56,883 nt of DNA from Polyangiales bacterium (GCA_038230375.1 JBBRNJ010000060.1:1-56883); one strand, 5' to 3'. Positions 21,805 to 32,924 are shown, numbered from the stretch's first letter. Notes: a model not told the origin generated them from the letters alone. Numbers and translations: made by a program.

Positions 21805-23535
21805 TCACGCGACCTCGAATTCCCCGTCGCGCGCGTCCGGTCCGCCGACCTCGCGGTCCAGGTCGATGGTGACTCCAGCCGCCCTTGGCCTTGCGCTCGG
21901 GCGCGCGCTCACGATGCGCGGCGCGGGGACGGGCGCGCGCCGGGGACCCTTCACCAGGGAGAGCGCCGGACGAGGACTCGTGGCTGCGGGGCGCTGCTCG
22001 TCGAGCTTGAAGAAGGCGATGCTCTGTCGGAGCTGCGCCGATTGCGCGGACAGCTCCTCTGCCGTGGCCGCGAGCTCTTCGGACGCGGCGGAGTTGCTCT
22101 GGATCACGGTATCGAGCTGCTGCATTGCGCGGTTCACCTGGGTTGCGCCAGTGCTCTGCTCGCCCGTGGCCGCGGCGATGTCTTGAACGAGCTCCGCGGT
22201 CTTCTTGATGTCTGGCACCAATCGCTCCAGGAGCTGCCCGGCGCTATCTGCCGCACCGACACACGACGTCGTGAGCTGACTGATCTCACCGGCGGCGGTC
22301 TGGCTCCGCTCCGCAAGCTTGCGCACCTCCGACGCGACGACCGCGAAGCCCTTCCCGTGCTCACCGGCCCGCGCAGCCTCCACCGCCGCGTTCAGCGCGA
22401 GGAGGTCGGTCTTGCGCGCGATCTCCTCGATGACACCGATGCGCTCGGCGATCTGGCGGATGGCTGACACCGTGGTCCGCACGGCGTCTCCGCTGGTCTT
22501 CGCGTCCTCTGCCGCCTTCGCGGCGATGCGCTCCGTCTGACGGGCGTTGTCCATGCACTGCTGGATGCTCGCTGTCATCTCCTCCATCGACGCTGTGGTC
22601 TCCTGCGCGGAGGAGCTCTGCTCGCTCGTGCCGTGCGAGAGCGACTGCGCGCTCCCCGACAGCTGCTCGCTGCCCGCTGCCACGTTGCCTGCGGCGGCCC
22701 CCACGTCCAGCACCACCGAGCGCAGGTTCCCCATCATCGTGTTCAGATCACCCATCATCTGTCCGATCTCGTCCTTGGAATGCACGTCCGCCCGAGCCGA
22801 CAGATCGCCCGCAGCCACCTTTCGAACGAGCCCGACCGCAATGGCGAGCGGCGCCGTGACGCTGCGGGCCAGGAGCCGAGCGATGACGATGCCCACGAGC
22901 GCCGCAAGGAGGAGCCCGACGACGATGCCAACCTGCGTGGAGTGGATGGCCGCGCCGATCTGCACGGTCGCGCGATCGGAGGCCTCTCGGTTGCTCGCGA
23001 GGAGCGTGTCCGCGATGGCTTGCGACTCGCGGTCCGCCGGCAAGTATTCGCGGTGAATGGCTTCCATCGCCTCCTTGTTCTGGAGCTTGCGACTGTGCTC
23101 GAAGACCTTGTCGCGCGCAGCCCTTCGCTTCGCTCTTGCGGATTTGAGGCCGGCGACAAGAGAGCGCTGCTCGTCGGACTGGGGGTGCGCGTCGAACCAA
23201 GCGATCGCCTCGTCGCCCGCGACGCGCAGATGGTCCATCTCGATTTCAAGGTTGTTCATCTCGCCCACGTCCGACGCGATGACGTGTTGCAAGAGCGTTG
23301 CCTTCTGCGTGAGCTGCACCGTGTTCAAGCGCTGCGCGGTCGAGAGCCCCACTGCGTACTCTTCGCGGATTCGAACCGCATCCACATACATCCTCGAGGT
23401 CTGGACGAAGGCGTACATGCCGACCGCGCTCGCGATCAGGATGACGACGACAAATGAGCCGATCATGCGTTTTCCGATGTTGATGTCTTTCATGGATGGG
23501 ATCACGGTCATCGACGGGGTGACCGAAATGGCCAT
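21805..23535 (-). CDS. Methyl-accepting chemotaxis protein (TM, periplasmic helical sensor, TM, HAMP, MA domain)
   Basis: [37 protein letters not shown]; two TM segments; start 23535 or 23493. Confidence 0.95.
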   Translation of the reverse strand: MAISVTPSMTVIPSMKDINIGKRMIGSFVVVILIASAVGMYAFVQTSRMYVDAVRIREEYAVGLSTAQRLNTVQLTQKATLLQHVIASDVGEMNNLEIEMDHLRVAGDEAIAWFDAHPQSDEQRSLVAGLKSARAKRRAARDKVFEHSRKLQNKEAMEAIHREYLPADRESQAIADTLLASNREASDRATVQIGAAIHSTQVGIVVGLLLAALVGIVIARLLARSVTAPLAIAVGLVRKVAAGDLSARADVHSKDEIGQMMGDLNTMMGNLRSVVLDVGAAAGNVAAGSEQLSGSAQSLSHGTSEQSSSAQETTASMEEMTASIQQCMDNARQTERIAAKAAEDAKTSGDAVRTTVSAIRQIAERIGVIEEIARKTDLLALNAAVEAARAGEHGKGFAVVASEVRKLAERSQTAAGEISQLTTSCVGAADSAGQLLERLVPDIKKTAELVQDIAAATGEQSTGATQVNRAMQQLDTVIQSNSAASEELAATAEELSAQSAQLRQSIAFFKLDEQRPAATSPRPALSLVKGPRRAPVPAPRIVSARPSARPRAAGVTIDLDREVGGPDARDGEFEVA

Positions 23536-23579
23536 TCCTTGCCATTCGCCACGGCGGGCGTCCCGAGAACCGTTCCAGA

Positions 23580-25031
23580 TCAACTTGCGGCGGTCGTCGA
23601 CTCCTCGAAGGCGACGATGAAGCGAGCGCCACACCCTGCCTCGCTCTCGACGCGGACCGTGGCCCGCTGCAGCTGCGCCAGTCGCTTGACGAGCGGAAGG
23701 CCCAGCCCGACCCCGGCCTGTTCGCGTGTGAGCGAGTCATCCAGGATCACGAATGGCTCGAAAATTCGCGCTTGATCGGCCGCCGCGATCCCTGGACCGG
23801 AGTCCGCGACCCACAGCTCTACATGTCCATCGTCGCACGCCTTTGCGCCGACCTCGATGCGCGCACCGCGCGGGCTGAACTTCACGGCATTGGTGAGGAG
23901 ATTGAGCACCAGCTGACGGAGCCGTCGTGCGTCCGCAACCACAAGCGGCAGAGTCGTGGCTACGGCCGACACGAACACCTGAGCCTTCTCCTCCGAGCTG
24001 TCCCTGACATAGGCGGTCACCTCGGCGACGAGCGGGCCGAGCGCCGTGGGCTGCAGCTCGATGCGCATCGCACCGGCTTCGATTCGTGCGATGTCGAGGA
24101 CGTCGTTGATGAGATCGGTGAGGTGGGCGCCGCTGCTGCGGATGGTGGTGAGGCTCCGTTCCTGCCCGGCTGTGAGCGGCCCGTACGCACCATCGAGCAG
24201 CGCTTGAGACAGACCGACAACAGCGCCGAGGGGCGTCCGGAGCTCGTGACTCATGTTCGCGATGAACATTGTCTTGGCTGCGTTTGCGGCGCGCGCAGCG
24301 TCCTCGGCGGCGATGGCGCGCTCCATGCGCTTTCGCTCCGAGGTGTCGCGAACGATGACGAGCTCGTCTCCTCCCGCAAGCATCGCCACGGAGAGCTCAA
24401 CGCCAAGGACCTGACCGTCCTTCCGCCGCAGGTTGCGTTCGCGCAGCGCGGTCGCCCGTCGCTGCGGCTCCTCTTGCGGGACGAACAGGTCCTCGATTGG
24501 CAGCCCGACGATCTCGTCCCGTGAGTAACCGAGCATCGCGCAGCCGCGACCGTTGACGTCGAGACAACGCCCGAGTCGATCCGTGACCACGAAGCCGTCC
24601 GACGCCTCCTCGAACAGCGCCCGAAAGCGCGCCTCGCTCGCGCGGAGCTTGGTCGTCGCCTCGTGTCGGACCATGGCGAGCTGCACATTCGCCGACAACA
24701 CATTCGGATCGAACGGCTTCAGCAGATAGCCGAACGATCCGGTCTGCGCGGCGCTTCGCGTCAATTCTGCGTCCGAGTACGCAGACAGGAAGACAACGGG
24801 CACGTCGAGCTCGTGACGGAGCTTCTCCGCGACATCGATGCCGGACATTCCCGGCCCCAGGTTGATGTCCATGAGGATCAGATCGGGGATCACACGCGGG
24901 ATTTCACGAAGAGCCGCGGCGGCGTTCGATGCGTGCCCGCAAACGACATAGCCGAGGGTGTGCAGGTGGTCCTTGAGCTCCAGTGCCACCACGCCTTCGT
25001 CTTCGACGATGAACACCCTCTGCGCTGCCAT
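23580..25031 (-). CDS. REC-PAS-histidine kinase
   Basis: IVEDE/LMDINL receiver, [27 protein letters not shown]. Confidence 0.93.
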   Translation of the reverse strand: MAAQRVFIVEDEGVVALELKDHLHTLGYVVCGHASNAAAALREIPRVIPDLILMDINLGPGMSGIDVAEKLRHELDVPVVFLSAYSDAELTRSAAQTGSFGYLLKPFDPNVLSANVQLAMVRHEATTKLRASEARFRALFEEASDGFVVTDRLGRCLDVNGRGCAMLGYSRDEIVGLPIEDLFVPQEEPQRRATALRERNLRRKDGQVLGVELSVAMLAGGDELVIVRDTSERKRMERAIAAEDAARAANAAKTMFIANMSHELRTPLGAVVGLSQALLDGAYGPLTAGQERSLTTIRSSGAHLTDLINDVLDIARIEAGAMRIELQPTALGPLVAEVTAYVRDSSEEKAQVFVSAVATTLPLVVADARRLRQLVLNLLTNAVKFSPRGARIEVGAKACDDGHVELWVADSGPGIAAADQARIFEPFVILDDSLTREQAGVGLGLPLVKRLAQLQRATVRVESEAGCGARFIVAFEESTTAAS

Positions 25032-25051
25032 GGCCCCTCTGTTGTGATCGA

Positions 25052-25684
25052 CTAGATGAAGATACGGATCAAGTCGACGCGACCGTCGGCGCCGAGCTTG
25101 GCGAGGACGTTCTCTTGGTGGAACTTGGCGGTGCGCGCGCTGATCTCGAGGACCAGGCCGATCTCCTGCTGCGTCCTGCCGAGCAACAAGAGGTCGAGGA
25201 CCTCGCGCTCGCGCGGCGTGAGTCCAGCGTTCGCAACGAGGCGCTCACGCCTGGCGCGCAGCAGCTCTTCGGCGTTCGCCGGTGGTCGGAGCAACGCATT
25301 GTAGTTGTCACGCACGCGAAGCAGCGCACGCACGCGCGCGCGAAGCACCACGCCGTCGACTGGCTTGGTGAGGAAGTCTTCCGCCCCCGCTTCGAGCCCC
25401 CGCACCAGATCGTCTTGGCCATCCAGGGCCGTGATGAGGAGGATCGGCACGAACCGCCAGGTGTCATTCGCCTTCAACCGACGACACACCTCGAACCCAT
25501 TGATGACCGGCATCATGACGTCGCAGAGGACAAGATCGCACGGCGGCCCCTCCATCACTTGCATGACCTCCCGACCACCTGTCGCGAAGCGAAGCTGACA
25601 CGGCTCGCCCTGAAGCTGAGCTTCCAGGGTCAGGCGCCCGCCGGCATCGTCGTCCACAATCAAGACGGTGAACGGTTTCGTCAC
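25052..25684 (-). CDS. Response regulator with LuxR-type HTH
   Basis: LIVDDD, CDVMMP, TKP; LTPREREVL...TAKFH. GTG start near 25684. Confidence 0.9.
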   Translation of the reverse strand: MTKPFTVLIVDDDAGGRLTLEAQLQGEPCQLRFATGGREVMQVMEGPPCDLVLCDVMMPVINGFEVCRRLKANDTWRFVPILLITALDGQDDLVRGLEAGAEDFLTKPVDGVVLRARVRALLRVRDNYNALLRPPANAEELLRARRERLVANAGLTPREREVLDLLLLGRTQQEIGLVLEISARTAKFHQENVLAKLGADGRVDLIRIFI

Positions 25685-25785
25685 AACGGCCCCCCGTTCG
25701 GCCCGGCGAACCGCCCGGCAGCCCTCGGATCGTGCCACGTTGTAGCATGCGCGGATAGCCAAAATGGTCCAGGCACCTGTCCTCT

Positions 25786-27165
25786 TTGGCAGGTGCCGGT
25801 TCCGTGGGTCCATGCGAACGTCCCAGCGGGGGTTCGGCACGCTTGCAGCAAGACTTCGCGAGGATTCTCGAGAGCATCGGCGATGGAGTCTTCGTGCTCG
25901 AGGCGCCCGACTGGATCTGCCGATACTGCAACCCAGCGGGCGCGCGGATGGTCCATCGCGTGATCGGGGACCTGATTGGCAAGCGGGTCTTCGAGGAGTT
26001 TCCCAACGCGGCAAACTCCGTCCTCGACGCCACCTACCGCGCGGTCGTCGCGGACGGGGTGTCGCGGGTGGTCGTCTATCACTCGGCGGCGCTCGGACGT
26101 ACCTTCGAGGTGAACGTCGCACCCATCGACAGCGGCATCACGGTGTACTGGCGCGACGTGACGGAGCGCACGCGCGCAGAGCTGGCGTTGCAGGCGAGCG
26201 AGGCACGTTTCCGCAGCCTCATGGTGCATGCCGCGGACGCGCTCTTCATCTCGGACTCGGTTGGAAACTATGTAGATGCCAATCCCGCCGCCACGGCGCT
26301 CGTAGGCTATGAGCGCGAGGAGCTCTTGCGAATGAACGCGCGGCAGCTGATCCTCGATCCCGCCGAAGATCGGCTCGACCCCGAGCTGGATGAGATCCGC
26401 GCCGGGTCCGTGAGTCGCCGAACCTGGATGGCGCGCCACAAGGATGGCTCCGTGGTCGACGTGGAGGCGACCATCTCGCAGCTCTCCGACGGCACGCTGC
26501 TGGGTGTGGCGCGCGACATCACACGCCGCAAGCAGCTCGAACATGAGGTGCGCACGTCGCTCGCCGAGAAGGAGACCTTGCTCCGCGAGATCCATCATCG
26601 GGTGAAGAACAACCTGCAGGTGGTCTCTTCGCTGCTGCACTTCCACGCGAAGCGATACAGCGCGCCAGAGGACATCGCAGCGTTCAAGGCACTGCGGCAG
26701 CGCATCTTCGCCATGACACTGGTGCACGAACGACTCTACCGAGCGCGCGACGTCGCGCGCATCGACTTCGGCGAATACATCCGGGAGCTGGTCGTGGAGC
26801 TCCGCCGCTCGATGACCGTTCGCGCTGGCGTGGAGATCGTCTGCGCCACCGACGACATCCGGCTTCCCATCGAGCAGGCGATGCCGTGCGGCATGATTGT
26901 CAACGAGCTCGTGACCAACGCGTTGAAGCACGCCTTCGCGGACGGACGCGGCGGCCGCGTCACCGTGACGTTGTCGGTGCGTGATGGTGTCATCGGGATC
27001 GCGGTCTGCGATGATGGCGTCGGCTTTCCTGCTGGTTTCGATGGCGGTGGCTCCGGCTCGTTCGGGTGGCAGCTCCTCGACACGCTCGTCAAGCAGCTCG
27101 ACGGAACACTGGCGGCGACCAACGAGACCGGCGCCTGCGTGCGCGTAGAGTTCCCGAGTCGATGA
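25786..27165 (+). CDS. PAS-PAS histidine kinase of HisKA_2 type
   Basis: LLREIHHRVKNNLQVVSSLL, NELVTNALKHAF, DDGVG. Start uncertain. Confidence 0.92.
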   Translation: MAGAGSVGPCERPSGGSARLQQDFARILESIGDGVFVLEAPDWICRYCNPAGARMVHRVIGDLIGKRVFEEFPNAANSVLDATYRAVVADGVSRVVVYHSAALGRTFEVNVAPIDSGITVYWRDVTERTRAELALQASEARFRSLMVHAADALFISDSVGNYVDANPAATALVGYEREELLRMNARQLILDPAEDRLDPELDEIRAGSVSRRTWMARHKDGSVVDVEATISQLSDGTLLGVARDITRRKQLEHEVRTSLAEKETLLREIHHRVKNNLQVVSSLLHFHAKRYSAPEDIAAFKALRQRIFAMTLVHERLYRARDVARIDFGEYIRELVVELRRSMTVRAGVEIVCATDDIRLPIEQAMPCGMIVNELVTNALKHAFADGRGGRVTVTLSVRDGVIGIAVCDDGVGFPAGFDGGGSGSFGWQLLDTLVKQLDGTLAATNETGACVRVEFPSR

Positions 27166-27202
27166 GCAGCGTGTGGTACGTGAACGGCACGTCTCGCGAC
27201 CG

Positions 27203-28762
27203 CTAGTTCCCGAGCACCTCGCGCACCTTCGCGAGCAACGTCGCGGGTGTGACTGGCTTCTGGAAGAAACCGACGCTGACTTCGCCCGTGCGCTCGAGGA
27301 CGGCGGTCTCGGAGTAGCCCGACATGAAGAGCACCTTCATCTCCGGCCGCATCGGCGCAAGCCGCGCCCAGAGCTCGAAGCCGTTCATGCGAGGCATCAC
27401 CACGTCCGTGAGCAGCACGTCTATGGGATGCTCGTGCCTCTCGCACGTGAGGAACGCCTCCCCGCCATTCTGGGCCGAAAGGACGAGGTAGCCGCTGCGT
27501 TCCAGGATCGCTCTTACGATCTGCCTGACCGCGTCGTCGTCCTCCACCAGGAGCACCGTCTCGGACCCCGCCAGTGTCGACACGGGCTGGGGCACGGCGC
27601 GGCCGCCGGCGGGCGCCGCACCGGCGGTGGGAAAGAACATCGTGAACGTCGTGCCGCGGCCCGGCTCGCTCCGCACTGTGATGTGCCCTGCCATCTGGCG
27701 CACGATGCGGTGGACGGTGCTGAGCCCGAGCCCCGTGCCTTCGCCGGGCGCCTTGGTCGTGAAGTACGGCTCGAAGATCCGCTCGCGCGTGCCTTGGTCC
27801 ATGCCGACTCCTGTGTCGGTGATCTCGAGCTTCACGTACTGATTTTCCCGGCCCGGGAGACCGAGCTTGGCGTTCGAGGTCCGGATCGTCACTTCGCCGC
27901 CGTGTGGCATCGCATCGCGCGCGTTGACGATCAGGTTCATGACGATCTGCTCGATCTGCGCCGGAACAGCCAGCAGCGCGCCGCCCTCTGCCCCGCAGAA
28001 GATCGAGAGCTCGCAGTCGGCGTCAAGAAGCCGGCGAAGCATGCGCTCCATCCCCTCGAGCGAATGGTCCACGTCCAGCATGATCGGCTTGACGATCTGC
28101 CGTCGGCTGAAGGCCAGCAGCTGACGAGTGAGCTCACCCGCGCGCTCGCCAGCCTTCTGGATCTCGCGGACGTCGGGTTGCAGTGGATGGTCCGGTCCAA
28201 GCGCGCCCAGGAGTAGACCCGAGTAGCTCAGGATGACGGACAGCAGATTGTTGAAGTCGTGTGCCACACCTCCGGCGAGTGCGCCGATCGCCTCGACCTT
28301 CTGGAAGTGGCGCAGCTCCATCTCGGTCCGGATGAGCGCCGCCTCCAGGGTCCGGCGCTCTGTCACGTCGCGCACGACGATGAGCGCCGCCGACGATCCA
28401 CGACGGTCGAACGGGCCGAGCGAGATCTCGACTGGAAACGTGCTGCCGTCCTTCCGGGATGCGGTGAGGTTCAGAGATTCGTCCATGCGGCGCCGCGACG
28501 CCTCGCGAAACACGGCGTCCACCCGGCGAACCGCACCCGGGATCAACCGCTCGAGTGGTGTTCCTACGAGCGCGCCGACCTTGTAGCCGAAGACGCGGTG
28601 CGCCTCGGTGTTGGCCACGAGGACCGTGCAGTCACGCCCCACCAGGAAGATCGCGTCGGGCGCAGAATCGGCGATGCCGCGGAACATTCGGTCCGACGCC
28701 GCACTCACGCTCCGTCGTTGCTTCCTCGCTCGCGACACCAGGCCTTGCCCCCAGAGCAACAT
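27203..28762 (-). CDS. PAS hybrid histidine kinase with C-terminal REC (CckA-like architecture)
   Basis: GGVAHDFNNLL, NLIVNARDAM, FTTK..GTGLGL, REC TDVVMP. Start uncertain. Confidence 0.93.
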   Translation of the reverse strand: MLLWGQGLVSRARKQRRSVSAASDRMFRGIADSAPDAIFLVGRDCTVLVANTEAHRVFGYKVGALVGTPLERLIPGAVRRVDAVFREASRRRMDESLNLTASRKDGSTFPVEISLGPFDRRGSSAALIVVRDVTERRTLEAALIRTEMELRHFQKVEAIGALAGGVAHDFNNLLSVILSYSGLLLGALGPDHPLQPDVREIQKAGERAGELTRQLLAFSRRQIVKPIMLDVDHSLEGMERMLRRLLDADCELSIFCGAEGGALLAVPAQIEQIVMNLIVNARDAMPHGGEVTIRTSNAKLGLPGRENQYVKLEITDTGVGMDQGTRERIFEPYFTTKAPGEGTGLGLSTVHRIVRQMAGHITVRSEPGRGTTFTMFFPTAGAAPAGGRAVPQPVSTLAGSETVLLVEDDDAVRQIVRAILERSGYLVLSAQNGGEAFLTCERHEHPIDVLLTDVVMPRMNGFELWARLAPMRPEMKVLFMSGYSETAVLERTGEVSVGFFQKPVTPATLLAKVREVLGN

Positions 28763-28815
28763 GTCATGGCGACCGCGTGCCTGCTGCTGGCGATTCGGAC
28801 AGGTCCTGCCGTTTC

Positions 28816-29079
28816 CTATTTGAAGACGACGTGGTTCGTTGCGGCGAGGATGCCCAGCGCGGCGACCACGAGGCCGAGCATCAGCGCCATGCCCAGGAGG
28901 ATCCACGGGGCCCTGCTGGGGGGCTCGATGGCGGGGCTCGGTGTACTATGCACATAATTGCGTGCCTCGGGCACGGCCATGCCCACGCGCGACGGCGGGA
29001 TCGTGGGCACGTGCACGTGCTCGGGCATCATGGGCGTTTCGAGCGTTCGCACGCGCGGCTGCTTCTCGGAGTCCGCCAT
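28816..29079 (-). CDS. Small protein with C-terminal TM helix
   Basis: Pro-rich N-terminus and one hydrophobic helix; co-oriented with the upstream TPR gene. Confidence 0.65.
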   Translation of the reverse strand: MADSEKQPRVRTLETPMMPEHVHVPTIPPSRVGMAVPEARNYVHSTPSPAIEPPSRAPWILLGMALMLGLVVAALGILAATNHVVFK

Positions 29080-29103
29080 CTCAGGTGAGCCTAGCAGAAC
29101 GCA

Positions 29104-30090
29104 TCAGAACGTTCCCCGCAGACCGAGCGCGCCGGAGGTGTTGCCGTGCGCACCAGCGGCGCCGGTGGACTCCGGCCCCAACGTGAACCATGGCGTCACG
29201 GAAGGCGCAGGCGCTTTTGCCTGCGGGATGGGCCGTGTCTTGGTCTCGGGTGACTCGGACACGAACGCAAGGTTCGCCTGCAGGATGCCGCCGCCCATCA
29301 CGAGCACGAGCCCACCCACCAGGCCCCAGTCGACGATCTGGGCAGTGCGCGCGCGGCTCGCGTAGAGGTCCGACTTGTGGTCTGGATCGCCCGCTCTCGA
29401 CTCCTCGTTGCGGCGGTTGATCGCGTCCGTGTAGGGGATGAACGTGACACCGGAGCCGATCGCGAGCGCCGACTCGACACCGAGGAAGACCCAGCCGAGC
29501 GCGTTCTGGCCGTTCTGGAACTGCCCTGCGCCGAACGGGACGGACGCGACGAGGCGCGAGTGCCGCACGGTGATCTTCTCCTCGGAGGCCATCTGCTCCA
29601 GGATGCGGAGGCGGTCTGCCTGCCGCTTCTTCTCGAGCTCCTCTTTCACCCGCCGCTCCGCATCCAGCCGGGCGGCGGCCGCGGCGGCGTCGTTCAGGCG
29701 CTGACGGATGCGCGAGCGGACGTCGATGAAGTCGTTCAGGACGTCGGTGGGGAACGTGAGCGGGTCGGGATCGAAGCGAGAGTCCTCCACCAGGAGCCTC
29801 TCGAACACGCGGTCCGCGTCGTCCCTGCGCTTCTCTGCGAGGTACGTTGCGCCAAGGTACATGCGCGCTTGCGAGGCCGCCGCGGGCTCCAGCTTCTCGG
29901 GCGCCCGGGGATCGAGGAGCGCGGTGAAGCGGGACTCCGCGTCCTCGTACGCGTGCGCGCGATAGGCCGTGCGCGCCTTCTCGAAGTCAGCCTGCGCGTC
30001 GGCGTGCGCGACCGACTCGAAGGACGCAAGCATGAAGGCCGCGCCGACGAACGCCGCGCGAACGACACGCATGCAGTATACACGCGTCAT
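29104..30090 (-). CDS. Secreted TPR-like protein
   Basis: Signal peptide ending AHA; TPR-like helices (ARMYLGATYL); PFGAGQFQNG motif. Overlaps the kinase stop. Confidence 0.75.
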   Translation of the reverse strand: MTRVYCMRVVRAAFVGAAFMLASFESVAHADAQADFEKARTAYRAHAYEDAESRFTALLDPRAPEKLEPAAASQARMYLGATYLAEKRRDDADRVFERLLVEDSRFDPDPLTFPTDVLNDFIDVRSRIRQRLNDAAAAAARLDAERRVKEELEKKRQADRLRILEQMASEEKITVRHSRLVASVPFGAGQFQNGQNALGWVFLGVESALAIGSGVTFIPYTDAINRRNEESRAGDPDHKSDLYASRARTAQIVDWGLVGGLVLVMGGGILQANLAFVSESPETKTRPIPQAKAPAPSVTPWFTLGPESTGAAGAHGNTSGALGLRGTF

Positions 30091-31946
30091 GGCTGGAGGT
30101 CCGGAAAGGCGGCGTGCACCTCTGCACCGGCACGCGCGGACACGGTGACCGTCTTGCCGCTCCCGCGCTCCACGACGGAGTAGGTATCACTGCCCATGGT
30201 CATGGGCACGGACACGGCAACGCCTGGGTGGAGGACGATGCCGGGGAACTGCTTCACGCCGTAGGTGCCCGCGGCGGGACCATCCACGATGATCTGGGTG
30301 TCCTTGATCTGCATCTTGACCGAGATCTTGGAGTCCTTGTCGCTCGCCTCGATGTGCACGCTGTTCGTGATGCACATGTTCTTCACGCACGAGTAGACCA
30401 GGTCGTGCGGGCCGTCGGTCATGGCAAGGACGGTATCCGCTTTGACCTCGAGGGGAGCCTCCTTGTCGATCGCACACAGTACGCCCATCGGCGGGTCCGT
30501 GGCGGTGACGACCACGTTGCGGAACTTGGGCAGCGTCGGCTTCGCCGACACAGACGGCGGTGCGGTGGGCGCGATACGCGCCTGCTTCTGCGCGGCGCTG
30601 TGCGGAGGCGCGGTGACGGACGACGGCGCCGTGGTCGGCACCATCAGCACGGCGGTGGGGTCCGGGCGCGTGTGCACCTCGGTATCCTTCAGCGCGCGCT
30701 GCGCGGTCACCAGCTTCGTGACCCCGAACGCGGACAGGCCAAGGGCGAGGATCGCCATCACCGGCGTGGCCGAGCGCCGTAGCATGCGCCGGCGATCCTC
30801 GGCGCGTGCGAGCGTGGCAACGACCTTCAGGAGCTGCGTGTCGTTCGGAGCGTAGGCGAGCGCGCGGTTGTACGCGTTGGCCGCACCCTGCACGTCGCCC
30901 TTCTTACGCGCCTCCGCGCCCTGCTCCTGCAGCTTGGCGAGGAGCTTCTCGGTGTGGGCGGCCTCGTAGCCGGGCGGATCGCGGAAGTACGACTCGAGGT
31001 CGGCGCGCGGGTCTTCCACGCCAACGAACTTGAACTGCGCCTGGATCGCCTCGCGCATGGCGAGCGCGCTCGCGAAGCGCTCATTCGGGTCGAGCATGAG
31101 CGCGCGATCGACGAGGCGGCTCCAGTCGCGACCGACAACGGGGCGATCACGCTCGGCCGGGCTGTAGATGCCCTCGAGGACGCGACGGAGCACCTGCGCC
31201 GGGTTCGTGCCCTCGAACGGAAGGTGACCGACCATGCACTCGTAGAGCAGGACGCCAACGCCAAAGACATCCGCCCGCTCGTCCACGTCGCCGCCGTCGA
31301 TCTGCTCGGGCGCCATGTGCGCGGGGCTGCCGAGCACCTGACCGGTGGACGTGACGCCCTGCGCGTCCAGCAGCTTTGCGATGCCAAAGTCCGTGAGCTT
31401 GATGCGCAGCTGCGTGTCGTTCGGGTTGGAGCGCGGGACGAGCGAGTCGCTCCTACCATTCTCGTCGGCCTTGCGGAGGTGCGGGTGCTCCATGAGGACG
31501 TTCTCCGGCTTCACGTCGCGGTGAACGACACCTTCGCCGTGGGCTGCGGAAAGCGCGGCAAGGACCTCCAGCGCGATCGCAGCACCGATCTCCGGTGGCA
31601 ACGCGCCGCGCTCCTGGAGGATCGCGCGGAGGGTGGTGCCGCGCACGAGCTCGACCACCAGGTAGCGTTCACCATCGCCCACCTCGGAGACGTCGAAGAC
31701 CTCCACGATGTTCGGGTGCCGCAGCTTGGCGACGGCCTTGGCCTCCGTGGCGAAGCGATGTGCGATCTCGCGGTTGTCGCGCAGGTGTGGATGCAGCACC
31801 TTGACGGCGACGTCGCGACCGAGCCGTGCGTCGTGCGCGCGGTAAACCGTGGCCATGCCACCATGCCCGAGCTCCTCCTGGATCTCGTACTTCGCGAGCG
31901 CAGGAAAACGCCCGCTTGGTGAAGACACGGGGCCAGCTTGGGCCAT
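30087..31946 (-). CDS. Membrane Ser/Thr protein kinase
   Basis: GHGGMATVY, VAVK, HRDVKPEN, DFGIAK, APEQ, followed by a TM helix. Confidence 0.95.
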   Translation of the reverse strand: MAQAGPVSSPSGRFPALAKYEIQEELGHGGMATVYRAHDARLGRDVAVKVLHPHLRDNREIAHRFATEAKAVAKLRHPNIVEVFDVSEVGDGERYLVVELVRGTTLRAILQERGALPPEIGAAIALEVLAALSAAHGEGVVHRDVKPENVLMEHPHLRKADENGRSDSLVPRSNPNDTQLRIKLTDFGIAKLLDAQGVTSTGQVLGSPAHMAPEQIDGGDVDERADVFGVGVLLYECMVGHLPFEGTNPAQVLRRVLEGIYSPAERDRPVVGRDWSRLVDRALMLDPNERFASALAMREAIQAQFKFVGVEDPRADLESYFRDPPGYEAAHTEKLLAKLQEQGAEARKKGDVQGAANAYNRALAYAPNDTQLLKVVATLARAEDRRRMLRRSATPVMAILALGLSAFGVTKLVTAQRALKDTEVHTRPDPTAVLMVPTTAPSSVTAPPHSAAQKQARIAPTAPPSVSAKPTLPKFRNVVVTATDPPMGVLCAIDKEAPLEVKADTVLAMTDGPHDLVYSCVKNMCITNSVHIEASDKDSKISVKMQIKDTQIIVDGPAAGTYGVKQFPGIVLHPGVAVSVPMTMGSDTYSVVERGSGKTVTVSARAGAEVHAAFPDLQP

Positions 31947-32014
31947 GGAAACGAGGTTACCGGTTTTGAGGGGTTAGGGAAGCCGGAAGAACCAGCCCCC
32001 GAGGACGTCAACAA

Positions 32015-32115
32015 CGACCTCGACCTCGACTTCGACCTCCCCTTTCACCTCCCCCTTCACCTCCCCTTTCACCTCCCCCTTCACCTCCCCCTTCACCTTC
32101 ACCTCGACCTCGACT
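32015..32115. repeat. Composite tandem repeat: (CTCGAC)n flanking about five copies of a 12-mer CACCTCCCCYTT
   Basis: Directly visible in the divergent intergenic region. Confidence 0.9.
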
Positions 32116-32145
32116 TTGCTCTTCTCGGGGGTATAAGTCCTGCCG

Positions 32146-32754
32146 ATGTCCTTCTTCTCCCGCCGCGTGCTGATCGCGTTGCTCTCCTCCTCTTCCCTTC
32201 TGGGCATCGTGTGGCTCGTGGATGGGTGCGGGTCCGACTCGGCGACCGACACGAACACTGCGGACGCGTCGCAGGGCACGGGACTCGATGGCGGCGCGGG
32301 CGGCGGCAACAGCGATGGTGGCGGTAACGCCGACACCGACGGCGGCACCTTGCAGGTCGACAGCGGTGGCGGCGGTAGCGATTCGGGCGGCGGTGGCTCT
32401 TGCGCTGCGGGCAAGGTGATCGTCGATGCGGGGGAGACCTGCATCGGGTTCGGCCAGGGGGATCCGTGCACTGCTTCGTGTGGCCTCTATGGCTACCGCT
32501 GCTTCGGTGGGCACCCACCGGGCTTCGCTGGTTGCCTTCAGCTGAACGCGAGCGCGATCCTGGGCGAGACGTACTGCTGCCCGAAGAACGACTGCGTCGC
32601 CGAGCCCGACCAGGACAAGCAATGCAACGGGTTCGCCGGCAAGCCACACCGCTTCCAGTGCCCGCCCACCGACGCCGGATGGGCGACGCCCGCCGCAGGC
32701 TGCGTGGACGCCGGAGCGGCCGGCTCGCTCGAGCACTTCTTCTGCTGCCCGTAG
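32146..32754 (+). CDS. Cys-rich putative lipoprotein
   Basis: Signal region ending DGC, DGG-rich linker, two Cys-rich modules each ending CCP. Confidence 0.75.
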   Translation: MSFFSRRVLIALLSSSSLLGIVWLVDGCGSDSATDTNTADASQGTGLDGGAGGGNSDGGGNADTDGGTLQVDSGGGGSDSGGGGSCAAGKVIVDAGETCIGFGQGDPCTASCGLYGYRCFGGHPPGFAGCLQLNASAILGETYCCPKNDCVAEPDQDKQCNGFAGKPHRFQCPPTDAGWATPAAGCVDAGAAGSLEHFFCCP

Positions 32755-32924
32755 CGAGCCGGCGAGCCAGCCGACCCTCCCCGTCGAAAACTCGGCCGCA
32801 ACAACGTACACCTGCAAGGTGTACTACAATTGGGTTTTCGTGGAAAAAGTGCCCGCTTCGCGCCCAAAAGTTCACCCACGAGGTGTACTTCTCCTGAGAC
32901 CCTCCAACGAAGGGCCACCACCAG

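Noticed and set aside
31938..32471. ORFs with DLDLD/LPLH or EVKGEVKG repeats
   Set aside because: These are translations of the DNA repeat and overlap better-supported genes.
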